From positions 120 to 64,119 of the forward strand of contig JAFMJR010000002.1 of the NCBI GenBank assembly GCA_017853385.1: 64,000 nucleotides of DNA, in the 5' to 3' direction. The position numbers and the translations under genes are program-made. How positions within the stretch are numbered: position 1 is the first letter of the stretch; each line of letters opens with the position of its first letter. A model generated the notes under the pieces. The model was not told where the DNA came from. It ran no database searches and saw only the letters and a list, made by a program, of their open reading frames with translations. Origin of the DNA: Ilumatobacteraceae bacterium. Its GTDB lineage: Bacteria; Actinomycetota; Acidimicrobiia; Acidimicrobiales; Ilumatobacteraceae. Below are positions 44,711 through 54,642 of the stretch, in pieces.

Positions 44711-46104
44711 GTTCGTATCCACACGCACCAGGATTTGTTGTCGGCGATCGTCCAAAAGTTGTTACCTCGCGTTTTGAATACACCGATTCGTTCACTATTG
44801 AGCGTTATTTGGCAACCGATGGCTACAAGGCAATTCGCAAGGCATTGTCAAAGCCTGCAGCAGATGTTCACGAAGAAGTAAAGGGTGCAACAGTTCTTGG
44901 TCGCGGTGGTGCAGGATTTCCAGCCGGCACGAAGTGGGGACTCACTCCACAACAGGTGTGGCCGCGATATTTGGTGGTGAATGGTGACGAAAGTGAACCA
45001 GGAACGTACAAAGACCGCTTGCTCATGGAGCGCGACCCGCATCAATTAATTGAAGGTTGTTTGATCGCGTGTTATGCAGCCGGGTTGTCGCAGTGCTTCC
45101 TGTACATTCGTGGCGAAATGGCGCTCGCTCAAGAACGAGTTGCTGCAGCATTGAATGAGGCATACGCCGCTGGCTATGTAGGAAAAAATATTTTGGGTTC
45201 AAAGTTTTCTGTTGACATCGTGTTGCACTGGGGTGCTGGTGCTTATGTTGTTGGTGAAGAAACGGCTTTGATTGAAAGCCTCGAAGGCAATCGTGGAATG
45301 CCTCGCTTAAAGCCACCATTTTTCCCAGCAGCTAATGGTTTGTATGGTCAACCAACCATCGTGAACAACGTAGAAACTTTGGCCAACTTGCCATGGCTTA
45401 TTCGCAATGGCGTTGAGGCTTACACGGCAATTGGAACGAAAACATCTCCAGGCACGCGCATGGTTGCGGTTTCAGGACACGTGAAGCGTCCGGGTGTGTA
45501 CGAAATTATTAACGGCACCACCACTTTTCGTGATTTGTTATACGGCGAAGAATTCTGTGGCGGCATTCGCAATGGCAACAAGTTGAAAGCCTTTGTGCCG
45601 GGTGGTGGTTCTGCACCGTGGTTCACACCCGATCAACTGGATCTTCCGTTTGAAGCCAGCCAAGTTGGGCCAGCTGGTTCAATGCTTGGATCTGGCGCAA
45701 TCATGGTGATGGATGAGACCACGGATATTCCGGCAGCAGCGCTGACACTTACGCATTTTTATGCACACGAATCATGTGGCAAATGCACTCCTTGTCGCGA
45801 AGGCGGAACGTGGCTTGAACGAATTCTTACTCGAGTGGTGAATGGAACTGGCACAGACGCAGATTTGCAGCAGTTGATTGAGGTGGGAACCAGCATTTGT
45901 CCAGGAGATTTCCCGCATGCGTCGAATGAGGCTCTTGGAATTTCCGCGGTTCCATTCCCATACAAGATGACCACCATTTGTTTCGTCGGTCCTTCGGCGT
46001 ATGCACCAATTCACTCAGCTCTCACTTTGTTTAGAAGCGAATTTGAGGCGCGCGTTACAAAGCGAATCACTATTCCAGTAACAGCTGTTGGAGCCGCATC
46101 ATGA
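44707..46104 (+). CDS. nuoF: NADH-quinone oxidoreductase subunit F
   Basis: GRGGAGFPAGTKW (FMN/NADH site) and ESCGKCTPCREG (N3 cluster). Confidence 0.92.
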   Translation: MSSYPHAPGFVVGDRPKVVTSRFEYTDSFTIERYLATDGYKAIRKALSKPAADVHEEVKGATVLGRGGAGFPAGTKWGLTPQQVWPRYLVVNGDESEPGTYKDRLLMERDPHQLIEGCLIACYAAGLSQCFLYIRGEMALAQERVAAALNEAYAAGYVGKNILGSKFSVDIVLHWGAGAYVVGEETALIESLEGNRGMPRLKPPFFPAANGLYGQPTIVNNVETLANLPWLIRNGVEAYTAIGTKTSPGTRMVAVSGHVKRPGVYEIINGTTTFRDLLYGEEFCGGIRNGNKLKAFVPGGGSAPWFTPDQLDLPFEASQVGPAGSMLGSGAIMVMDETTDIPAAALTLTHFYAHESCGKCTPCREGGTWLERILTRVVNGTGTDADLQQLIEVGTSICPGDFPHASNEALGISAVPFPYKMTTICFVGPSAYAPIHSALTLFRSEFEARVTKRITIPVTAVGAAS

Positions 46105-48473
46105 CCACTGTTGATCCAACAAATACAACACCTGTAGACCCAAACGCAGTAAGCCTCACGATTAATGGCAAAGCAGTTTCTGCGCGCAAGGGTGACTTGA
46201 TCATTGCCGCTGCTGATAAATCAAATGAATTCATTCCGCGTTTTTGCTATCACCCACGCATGGCACCAGCAGGTATGTGTCGCCAGTGTCTAGTTGAAGT
46301 CGAAGGACCTCGCGGCCCAATGATGGTGGTGTCATGTATGACGCCAGTTGCTGAAGGACAAGTTGTTCGCACCGACACCGAGCAAGTGAAAAAAGCCCAA
46401 GAAGGTGTGCTTGAACTATTGCTCGCAAATCACCCGCTTGATTGCCCAGTGTGCGACAAGGGTGGCGAATGTCCATTGCAAGACCAGGCGTTTAGCCATG
46501 GTCCTGGTGAAAGTCGTTATGTAGAAGAAAAGCGTCACTACGAAAAACCAATTCCAATTAGCGATAACGTGTTCTTGGATCGCGAACGATGCATTTTGTG
46601 CGACCGTTGTACGCGATTTGCCGATGAAGTTGCAGGTGATGCACTGATCTCATTTACAAGTCGAGGAAATAACACGCAAGTGATGACTTTCCCTGACGAG
46701 CCATTTAGTAGCTACTTTTCTGGAAACACAGTGCAAATCTGTCCAGTTGGTGCACTCACTGCAAAGCCGTACCGATTCAAGGCTCGCCCATGGGATTTGG
46801 ATCAAACAGAAAGCACATGCACAACATGTTCAGTCGGATGCCGAACTGTTGTGCAAAGCAGTCGCGATGAATTGGTGCGCTACCAGGGCGTTGATATTGA
46901 TCCAGTGAACTGGGGCTGGCTATGCGATCGCGGTCGTTTCAATTTTGAATCAGTAAATTCTGATCAACGTTTAACAACTCCATATCTGAAAGATGCTCAG
47001 GGCAATCATGTAGCAACCACGTGGTCTGCTGCTCTTGATACTGCGGCTCGTATGTTGCGAACTTCACTTGCAACTTCATCTGATTCAGTTGCAATCATTG
47101 GCGGTGCGCGAGGAACAAACGAAGACGCGTTTGCATGGGCTCAACTTGCCGACGCAGTTGGGGTAAACCAACGCGATGCACAGCTTGCAGACGGGTTACC
47201 AGCCGAAATCTTCTCATTGCCACAGGCATCTATTGACGAGGCCGTTGCAGCGAACACAATTATTTTGCTTTCACCAGACTTGAAAGAAGAGCTACCAGTT
47301 CTCTTCTTGCGAGTGCGCGATGTGGCTCAAAAGCGAAAGTCAAAAGTCGTTGAAATTACGTCGCGACCTACCGGCATTACCCCAAGTGCGTGGAAGACCG
47401 TGCTGGTTGAGCCAGGGAAAATTGCGTCAACAGTTGCCTCAGGTCTTGACCCAGCAATTGTGAAGCAAATTGGCAGTGGTTCGGTTTCAGTCATTGTTGG
47501 TCGCATGAATCTTGCGGAAAGTGCAGAGTCAACGGTGCTTGCGCTTGCTGAGATTTTGCATCTTGCGCCGCAAGCAAAAGTTCTTCCAGTGTTGCGCAGA
47601 GGAAATGTTCGCGGTGCAGTTACTGCAGGACTTACCCCACAACAGGGTGCTGCAGATACTGCTGAGATCCTCGAACTTTCTGCTGCTGGAAAAATTGACA
47701 CGTTGGTCTTGCTTGGTTCAGACCCCTTGAGTGACGTTCCAGATGCAGATTTAGCCCGACGCGGTCTTGCCGGTGCTCGCAACATCATTTCAATTGATGC
47801 GTTTATGACTCCTTCTTCCTCGCAAGCCCATGTTGTTCTTCCAGCTGCTGCATTTGGTGAAAAGAATGGAACGACCACCAATCTTGAAGGACGTATGAGC
47901 AATGTTGCTCAAAAGATCACTCCAGCAGGAACCTCGCGTCCTGACTGGATGATTGCATGCGAACTTGCTTCAGCTCTTGGCAAAGACCTCGGATTCAATT
48001 CAGTTGAAGATGTCACCGCAAAACTGGTGAAGACTGTTGCGCAGTTTGCTCCTGCTGCAAACACAAAGGCATTGCGTCACGACGGTGTATTGATGAATCA
48101 TCCAGCTCCGCTGACGCTGAGCCGCACAACGCTGCCAATTCCAGACCGCAATTCATACGACTACCGCATTGTGTCGTTCCGTAAGTTGTACGACGCCGCA
48201 GTAGGCACAGCAAAGAGCCCATCGCTTGTACATCTTGCTGAAGGTGCGTCAGTTGTTGTGCATCCGCTTGATCTTGCCCGTGTTGGTGTTGAGCACGGTT
48301 CTCATGTTCAGGTGATTTCAGCTAAGTCGACTGTGGTGTTGCCTGTAGCAACGTCAGAGTCAGTCATGCGTGGAACGGCTTGGTTGCCATTTAATCAACC
48401 AGGAAACGATGCGCGAGAAATGTTTGATGTACAAGCAGATGTCATTGATGTGCGAATTGAGAAGCTCGCATGA
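46101..48473 (+). CDS. nuoG: NADH-quinone oxidoreductase subunit G
   Basis: 790 aa with CYHPRMAPAGMCRQCLVEV, HPLDCPVCDKGGECPLQD, CILCDRCTR, and a molybdopterin-oxidoreductase-like C-domain. Confidence 0.92.
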   Translation: MTTVDPTNTTPVDPNAVSLTINGKAVSARKGDLIIAAADKSNEFIPRFCYHPRMAPAGMCRQCLVEVEGPRGPMMVVSCMTPVAEGQVVRTDTEQVKKAQEGVLELLLANHPLDCPVCDKGGECPLQDQAFSHGPGESRYVEEKRHYEKPIPISDNVFLDRERCILCDRCTRFADEVAGDALISFTSRGNNTQVMTFPDEPFSSYFSGNTVQICPVGALTAKPYRFKARPWDLDQTESTCTTCSVGCRTVVQSSRDELVRYQGVDIDPVNWGWLCDRGRFNFESVNSDQRLTTPYLKDAQGNHVATTWSAALDTAARMLRTSLATSSDSVAIIGGARGTNEDAFAWAQLADAVGVNQRDAQLADGLPAEIFSLPQASIDEAVAANTIILLSPDLKEELPVLFLRVRDVAQKRKSKVVEITSRPTGITPSAWKTVLVEPGKIASTVASGLDPAIVKQIGSGSVSVIVGRMNLAESAESTVLALAEILHLAPQAKVLPVLRRGNVRGAVTAGLTPQQGAADTAEILELSAAGKIDTLVLLGSDPLSDVPDADLARRGLAGARNIISIDAFMTPSSSQAHVVLPAAAFGEKNGTTTNLEGRMSNVAQKITPAGTSRPDWMIACELASALGKDLGFNSVEDVTAKLVKTVAQFAPAANTKALRHDGVLMNHPAPLTLSRTTLPIPDRNSYDYRIVSFRKLYDAAVGTAKSPSLVHLAEGASVVVHPLDLARVGVEHGSHVQVISAKSTVVLPVATSESVMRGTAWLPFNQPGNDAREMFDVQADVIDVRIEKLA

Positions 48474-49696
48474 TCTCGTTGCTTGCTATTGATCCGGTGC
48501 TTAAAGGCGACCTGTTATGGACGCCGTTGTTGATTGTCATTTTGAAGGTGCTGGTTGTATTTGTTACTGGACTTGTTGCAACGATGCTCATGGTGTGGTT
48601 TGAGCGCAAAGTTGTTGCAGGAATGGGCAACCGAATCGGACCAAATAAGGCTGGCCCATTTGGACTGTTGCAAACGCTTGCCGACGGAATCAAGTTGTTT
48701 TTCAAGGAAGACTTGGTGCCAGATAGAGCCGACCCTTTCGTCTTTAAGATCGCCCCGTTTCTTGCTTTTGTTCCGGCGTTTCTGTCTTTCTCCATAATTC
48801 CTCTCGGTGGAGATTTCCGTGGCGACAATGCGGGAATGGTGACGTGGTTTGGTCATGAGACGCGCGTTCAACTTGCAGATCCATCTATTGGCGTGTTGTT
48901 CACACTTGCAATTTCTGCAATTGCGGTATACGGGATCATGCTTGCGGGTTGGTCAAGTGGTTCGAAATACCCATTGCTCGGTTCGGTACGCGCATCAGCC
49001 CAGATGGTCAGCTACGAAGCAGCCCTCGGGCTTTCACTGGCTGCTGTGATTTTGGTATCCAAGACACTGTCAACAAGTGGCATTGTTGCCGCTCAGTCTT
49101 CCATTGGTAATTGGAATGTTGTTGCAACCGGCGTAGTGCCGTTCATTATCTTCTTCATCGCTGCTACAGCTGAACTCAATCGTCCTCCATTTGACCTGGT
49201 GGAAGCAGAGCAAGAACTCGTGGGCGGATTTAACACTGAATATTCCTCCATTCGTTTCTCGCTGTTTTATCTGGCTGAGTTCATGAACACAGTCACCATG
49301 AGTGCGCTGATGGTGACCCTGTTTTTTGGTGGTCCTCAGCCAATCGCATTTGGCAACACAGTGCTTGACATTCCACTTCTGCCGAACGGCATTGAAGGTT
49401 CAGTGTGGTTATTGCTGAAGACACTGGTGTTCTTGTACACCTATGTATGGTTGCGCGCCACGCTTCCTCGTTTCCGCTACGACCAGTTGATGGACTTCGG
49501 TTGGAAGATTCTGATTCCAGCATCCCTTGGTTGGTTTATGTTGCTTGCCGCGCAGCGCCTTGGCAAAAACGAAGGTTGGAACACCATCGTTGTTACCGGA
49601 GCTTCGGTGTTGGTGTTGATTATTTGTTACTTGCTGTTGCAGCGAGCCTTTTCGGTGAGCAATAAGCAACGTGAAGCAGAAGGGTCGATGTTCTAA
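48470..49696 (+). CDS. nuoH: NADH-quinone oxidoreductase subunit H
   Basis: [24 protein letters not shown], and [12 protein letters not shown]. Confidence 0.92.
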   Translation: MISLLAIDPVLKGDLLWTPLLIVILKVLVVFVTGLVATMLMVWFERKVVAGMGNRIGPNKAGPFGLLQTLADGIKLFFKEDLVPDRADPFVFKIAPFLAFVPAFLSFSIIPLGGDFRGDNAGMVTWFGHETRVQLADPSIGVLFTLAISAIAVYGIMLAGWSSGSKYPLLGSVRASAQMVSYEAALGLSLAAVILVSKTLSTSGIVAAQSSIGNWNVVATGVVPFIIFFIAATAELNRPPFDLVEAEQELVGGFNTEYSSIRFSLFYLAEFMNTVTMSALMVTLFFGGPQPIAFGNTVLDIPLLPNGIEGSVWLLLKTLVFLYTYVWLRATLPRFRYDQLMDFGWKILIPASLGWFMLLAAQRLGKNEGWNTIVVTGASVLVLIICYLLLQRAFSVSNKQREAEGSMF

Positions 49697-50355
49697 TGGG
49701 TTACTTCGGAGGATTCCTCATCACCGCACGTCAGCGCGGAGGTAAAAACCAGGTAACGACTCAGTATTCAGGCGGTCGTGTTCGTCGCCGAGCATTAAAG
49801 AAATCAAAAAATGGTGAAGTAAGCAAGCGCGCCGAGGTAATGGACGAAAAGATTCCTAAGCCAGAGCGGTTGCATGGTCGTCATGTTTTGAATCGCTATG
49901 AAGACGGAATGGAAAAGTGCATCGGCTGTGAATTATGTGCAGCTGTATGTCCTGCGAAATGTATTCACGTTCGCGGTGCTGACAACAATCCAGAAAATCC
50001 AACTTCACCCGGCGAACGTTTTGGGTGGATTTACGAAATCAACTACCTCCGTTGTATTCACTGCGATATGTGTGTTGAAGCTTGTCCAACAGAAGCAATC
50101 ACTGAGTCAAAACTGTTTGAGTTCTCGTTCACCAACCGTCAAGATGCGATCTACACCAAGAGCGAATTGCTTGTTGGAGATGACGGCAAACCAAAGCATT
50201 TGCCATGGGAAGACTGGCGTCCAGGTGAAGACATCAACACGTCGGCGTGGATGCGTGCAACCGCACCGTCAGGAGATGCATCTTTCCAAGGAGTCGTCGG
50301 ATGGAGTGGCGAGCTTGGGTATGGCGTTCGCGCGCCTGAAAAGAGCGACAACTAA
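49696..50355 (+). CDS. nuoI: NADH-quinone oxidoreductase subunit I
   Basis: [12 protein letters not shown] and [13 protein letters not shown] basic insertion ([13 protein letters not shown]) lies near the N-terminus. Confidence 0.9.
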   Translation: MGYFGGFLITARQRGGKNQVTTQYSGGRVRRRALKKSKNGEVSKRAEVMDEKIPKPERLHGRHVLNRYEDGMEKCIGCELCAAVCPAKCIHVRGADNNPENPTSPGERFGWIYEINYLRCIHCDMCVEACPTEAITESKLFEFSFTNRQDAIYTKSELLVGDDGKPKHLPWEDWRPGEDINTSAWMRATAPSGDASFQGVVGWSGELGYGVRAPEKSDN

Positions 50356-50895
50356 ATGGAACTCTTCGTTTTCACATGCGCATCAGTGATGGTGCTTGTT
50401 GGTGCTTTGGGAGTTATTTTCCGTAAGCATCCAGTGCATGCCGCCCTCAGTCTTGTTCTCACGTTGTTTGGCATCGCGGTACTTTTCGTTGCTCAAAGCG
50501 CAGAGTTTTTGGCGGCAGTCCAAGTAATTGTTTATGCCGGTGCAATTGTTATTTTGTTTCTCTTCGTCATCATGCTGCTCGGTGTTGACAAAGCAGAAGA
50601 TTTGAAGATCGAACCCATTGCTTCTCAGCGTTGGATTGCAGGGTTGGCTGGGCTTGGGATGGTCGGCCTGCTTACTGCGGCAGTGGTGAGTGGATCTGAC
50701 GTTTTGCGTGAGCGCGGACTAGGAATTGCAAGCTCGGTTGCTGGAGAAAATGCAGATGCAAATATTCAGCAACTCGCGAACTCCATCTTTTCTGACTACG
50801 TCTTTGCATTTGAAGTCACCTCGGTGTTGTTGGTGGTTGCAGTAGTAGGAACAGTGCTTCTCGCTCGCCGTCGCACAGGCAAGGGGATCGCGTGA
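50356..50895 (+). CDS. nuoJ: NADH-quinone oxidoreductase subunit J
   Basis: 179-aa membrane protein in the J position, with [22 protein letters not shown]. Confidence 0.88.
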   Translation: MELFVFTCASVMVLVGALGVIFRKHPVHAALSLVLTLFGIAVLFVAQSAEFLAAVQVIVYAGAIVILFLFVIMLLGVDKAEDLKIEPIASQRWIAGLAGLGMVGLLTAAVVSGSDVLRERGLGIASSVAGENADANIQQLANSIFSDYVFAFEVTSVLLVVAVVGTVLLARRRTGKGIA

Positions 50896-51215
50896 TGTTG
50901 GGATTGGTCGTAGTTCCGACTCCAACGTGGTACTTGGTTTTGTCGGCGGTGCTGTTTTCAATTGGTGCTGTCGGCGTGCTTGTTCGTCGCAATCCACTTG
51001 TCATGTTCATGTGTATTGAGCTGATGCTCAATGCTGTGAACCTCACATTTGTCACCGTCGGCCGTGCAATGTCTGACATCAATGGTCAGGCAATCGTCTT
51101 TTTTGTCATGGTTGTTGCAGCGGCTGAAGTTGTTGTCGGCCTTGGAATCATTGTGTCCATCATGCGCCGACGCTCTGGTGTCAACGTCGATGACCTCACG
51201 GAATTGAAGGGCTGA
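50892..51215 (+). CDS. nuoK: NADH-quinone oxidoreductase subunit K
   Basis: 107 aa with [10 protein letters not shown] and [11 protein letters not shown]. Confidence 0.9.
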   Translation: MMLGLVVVPTPTWYLVLSAVLFSIGAVGVLVRRNPLVMFMCIELMLNAVNLTFVTVGRAMSDINGQAIVFFVMVVAAAEVVVGLGIIVSIMRRRSGVNVDDLTELKG

Positions 51216-51217
51216 TC

Positions 51218-53128
51218 ATGACAAATGCATTGTGGTTGTTGCCGGCGTTTCCGTTAATCGGTGCTCTTGTGCTGATGGTATTTGGCCGTCGACTTGGTGA
51301 ACCGCGATCTGGTTGGTTTGCCGCAGCGATGCCGATCGCATCGTTCCTTGTCACGGTGTCGGTTTACTTCGACTTGCTTTCACGACCTTCTGAAGAGCGT
51401 CATGAAGTAGTCACGTTGTTTTCGTGGATCCCTGTAGGAGCGCTACATATTGATGTTGCGCTTCTCGCAGACCCGTTGTCCATCACGATGGCGCTATTCA
51501 TTACGGGAATTGGATCGCTGATTCATTTGTACGCCATTGGCTATATGCATGGTGATCCGAAGTTTTCAAAGTTTTTCTTATATCTCAACATGTTCGTGTT
51601 CTCCATGCTCATGTTGGTACTTGGAGAAAACCTACTGGTGACTTTCCTTGGCTGGGAAGGTGTTGGAGCTTGCTCCTACTTCCTTATTTCGTTCTGGCAC
51701 ACCCGCAATAGTGCGGCAGTTGCCGGCAAAAAAGCTTTTGTTACCAACCGAATTGGTGACTTTGGTGTGATGACGGCAATGTTCCTGGCGTTTAGCGCCA
51801 TCGGTTCAGTTTCTTATTCGTCAATAAATGAAGCTGCACATACTGGAGCAATTGCTCCGGTAACGGCTACAGCAATTGGACTGTTGCTTTTCGTTGGAGC
51901 GTGCGGAAAGAGCGCACAGTTGCCGTTGTATCTGTGGTTACCAGATGCGATGGAAGGCCCAACCCCAGTTTCCGCTTTGATCCACGCAGCAACAATGGTG
52001 ACTTCTGGAGTGTTCTTGATGACACGAATGAGCCCAGTTCTGCACGCTTCGTATGAATGGGCGCCGATGATCATTGCTTGTGTAGGTGCTGCAACAGCAC
52101 TGTATGCAGCAACTATCGCAGTTGCTCAAAACGACATTAAAAAAGTGCTTGCCTACAGCACGGTATCGCAACTTGGCTACATGTTTTTGGCAGTCGGCAG
52201 TGGCGCATATGTTGCAGCCATCTTCCACATGGTGACCCACGCATTTTTCAAGGCACTGTTGTTCTTGGGTTCAGGATCAGTAATTCACGGCATGCATCAC
52301 GAACAAGACATGCGTCGGATGGGTGCGCTGCGCAAACTCATGCCTGTAACTGCAATCACGTTCATTATTGGCTGGTTGGCAATCGCTGGTGTTCCACCAT
52401 TTGCTGGCTTCTGGTCAAAGGATGAAATTTTGCTGTATGTATATGCAAATAACCGTGGTCTGTATGTCGTTGGTTTGATTACGGCTTTGCTCACCGCGTA
52501 TTACATGACCCGCCAAGTAATCATGGTGTTCTACGGCGAAGCAAAGTGGAAAGACCATGCTCATGATCATGGTGCCCATGGGGATTTTGAGCCACACGAA
52601 AGCCCAAAGATTATGTTGTTCCCGCTCGTTGTGCTGTCGGTGCTGTCGGTGATTGGCGGAGCGATGCAATTACCGTTCACGAAGAAACTTCATTTCCTCG
52701 AACACTGGTTGGCTCCTGTAGTTGAAGAGTCTGAAGCGGACATTCATAAGACGTGGGCTTATGAAAATAAATACATTCTTTTGGTAATTGCCGTAGTAAT
52801 TGCAATCACTGGCATCATTGGTGCTTTCGCGGTGTATGGCAAGAAGAAAGTTAAAGCTGTAGAACCACGAGTTCTTGAACAAGCATGGTTTTACGATGCC
52901 GGAGCAGCAAAGCTGATCGGTGGACCAGGACGCGCCGCGTTTAATGCAATTGCGTGGGCAGATGCGCACATTGTTGACGGTGCGGTAAATGGAACTGCGA
53001 CAACGGTGCGTGGGATTGCGAGCCAAATTCGCAAGTCGCAAAATGGGTTTACTCGCGTGTATGCCGCGTTGATGGCAATCGGTGCAGTTGTGCTGTTGGC
53101 CTGGTTTGTTTACAGGGGAGTTGCCTGA
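51218..53128 (+). CDS. nuoL: NADH-quinone oxidoreductase subunit L
   Basis: 636 aa with FLGWEGVGACSY, and GKSAQLPLYLWLPDAMEGPTPVSALIHAATMV. Confidence 0.92.
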   Translation: MTNALWLLPAFPLIGALVLMVFGRRLGEPRSGWFAAAMPIASFLVTVSVYFDLLSRPSEERHEVVTLFSWIPVGALHIDVALLADPLSITMALFITGIGSLIHLYAIGYMHGDPKFSKFFLYLNMFVFSMLMLVLGENLLVTFLGWEGVGACSYFLISFWHTRNSAAVAGKKAFVTNRIGDFGVMTAMFLAFSAIGSVSYSSINEAAHTGAIAPVTATAIGLLLFVGACGKSAQLPLYLWLPDAMEGPTPVSALIHAATMVTSGVFLMTRMSPVLHASYEWAPMIIACVGAATALYAATIAVAQNDIKKVLAYSTVSQLGYMFLAVGSGAYVAAIFHMVTHAFFKALLFLGSGSVIHGMHHEQDMRRMGALRKLMPVTAITFIIGWLAIAGVPPFAGFWSKDEILLYVYANNRGLYVVGLITALLTAYYMTRQVIMVFYGEAKWKDHAHDHGAHGDFEPHESPKIMLFPLVVLSVLSVIGGAMQLPFTKKLHFLEHWLAPVVEESEADIHKTWAYENKYILLVIAVVIAITGIIGAFAVYGKKKVKAVEPRVLEQAWFYDAGAAKLIGGPGRAAFNAIAWADAHIVDGAVNGTATTVRGIASQIRKSQNGFTRVYAALMAIGAVVLLAWFVYRGVA

Positions 53129-54642
53129 TGTCGATTCCAATTCTTACTCTGCTCGTCTTAGTTCCATTGTTTGGCGCAGCTGCTATTTCATTTTTGGCGA
53201 AGACGAATGAAGCACTGGTAAAAAACGTTGCGCTAGTGAGCTCAATTGCAACCGGGTTGCTTAGTGTGTGGATGCTGATCAAGTTTCCAACCGGTTCTGC
53301 TGGTTTTGAGTTTGTCTCCAAACATTCATGGGTAAGTGAGTGGGGGATCTCGTGGCACTTGGGCGTTGATGGAATATCGCTTTTCCTCGTTGTTCTCACC
53401 GGAATTTTGTTCCCGCTAGTCATTGTTGGAATTGACCCTCATCACGATCACAAGCAATACATGGTGTGGATGTTGGTGCTTGAAGCGGGAGTAATGGGCA
53501 GCTTCCTCAGCCTTGACCTATTTCTGTTCTTCGTATTCTTTGAAATCGTATTGGTGCCGATGTATTTCCTTATTGGAAATTGGGGCTATGACCAGCGTGT
53601 ATATGCCGCGACAAAATTCTTCATTTACACCATGGCCGGTTCAGCATTCATGCTGGTGGGAATTGTTGCTACAGCGTTCCTCGCGCGACGCGATATCGGA
53701 CACCTGTCTTTCGATCTGATTGAAATTGCAGAAAAATCAGACTTTGCAATTGGAACTGGCCGATGGTTGTTTGTTGGGTTTGTCATTGCATTTGCGGTGA
53801 AGGTTCCGTTGTTCCCGCTTCATACTTGGTTGCCAGACGCACACACTCAGGCACCAACGGGTGGTTCAGTAATTCTTGCTGGAGTATTGCTCAAGATGGG
53901 CACCTACGGCATGTTGCGCTTTGGTGTGTATTTGTTTCCAGAAGCAGCAGTGTGGGCAAAACCTGTATTGCTAACACTGGCAGTAATTGGAATTATTTAT
54001 GGTGCGATTGCAGCAACAATGCAAAAAGATTTGAAGCGTTTGGTTGCCTATTCGTCAGTTGCACACCTTGGGTTCATTGTGTTGGGAACCTTTGCGCTAA
54101 CTAATCAGGCAATTACCGGTGGAGTCATGCAAATGGTGAACCACGGAGTGTCAACTGGAGCATTGTTCTTAATGGTCGGCATGATTTACGAGCGCCGACA
54201 TACTCGCGTGATTGCTGAGCTAAAAGGCATTCAAGCTGTTGCGCCAATTTTTGCTGGATTCTTCACCTTGGTGATGTTGTCGTCAATCGGACTTCCGGGG
54301 TTAAATGGATTTGTTGGTGAGTTCTTGGTGCTGATTGGTTCATTTGCAACAGCGCGTTGGTGGGTGGTTGCGGCAACTACCGGTGTAATTCTTGCTGCGT
54401 TGTATCTGCTGTGGGCATACCAGCGTGTATTCCATGGCGAACCAGACGAGGCCAACAAGTCCTTTACCGAAATCACGAAGCGCGAAGCAATGCTGCTCTC
54501 TGTGTTTGTGGCGGCAATCGTGTTTACCGGTGTGTATCCAAAACCAATGTTGAATCGAATTGAGCCAAGTGTGAAGTCATTGCTTGAACATGTTGAATCG
54601 CATTCGAATTACAAGCAACCAGAAATCAAGGCAGGCGAATGA
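53128..54642 (+). CDS. nuoM: NADH-quinone oxidoreductase subunit M
   Basis: 504 aa with AVKVPLFPLHTWLPDAHTQAPTGGSVILAGVLLKMG. Confidence 0.92.
   Translation: MSIPILTLLVLVPLFGAAAISFLAKTNEALVKNVALVSSIATGLLSVWMLIKFPTGSAGFEFVSKHSWVSEWGISWHLGVDGISLFLVVLTGILFPLVIVGIDPHHDHKQYMVWMLVLEAGVMGSFLSLDLFLFFVFFEIVLVPMYFLIGNWGYDQRVYAATKFFIYTMAGSAFMLVGIVATAFLARRDIGHLSFDLIEIAEKSDFAIGTGRWLFVGFVIAFAVKVPLFPLHTWLPDAHTQAPTGGSVILAGVLLKMGTYGMLRFGVYLFPEAAVWAKPVLLTLAVIGIIYGAIAATMQKDLKRLVAYSSVAHLGFIVLGTFALTNQAITGGVMQMVNHGVSTGALFLMVGMIYERRHTRVIAELKGIQAVAPIFAGFFTLVMLSSIGLPGLNGFVGEFLVLIGSFATARWWVVAATTGVILAALYLLWAYQRVFHGEPDEANKSFTEITKREAMLLSVFVAAIVFTGVYPKPMLNRIEPSVKSLLEHVESHSNYKQPEIKAGE

Noticed and set aside
47327-47902. 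191-aa minus-strand ORF inside nuoG
   Set aside because: It is antisense to a well-supported nuoG. The composition is Ala/Ser/Arg/Pro-rich with no start context, so it is a shadow ORF.
49898-50389. 163-aa plus-strand ORF in an alternative frame of nuoI
   Set aside because: The nuoI frame carries both 4Fe-4S motifs, and the alternative frame has no recognisable features.
52670-53140. 156-aa minus-strand ORF at the nuoL/nuoM junction
   Set aside because: It is antisense to strongly supported nuoL, so it is a shadow ORF.
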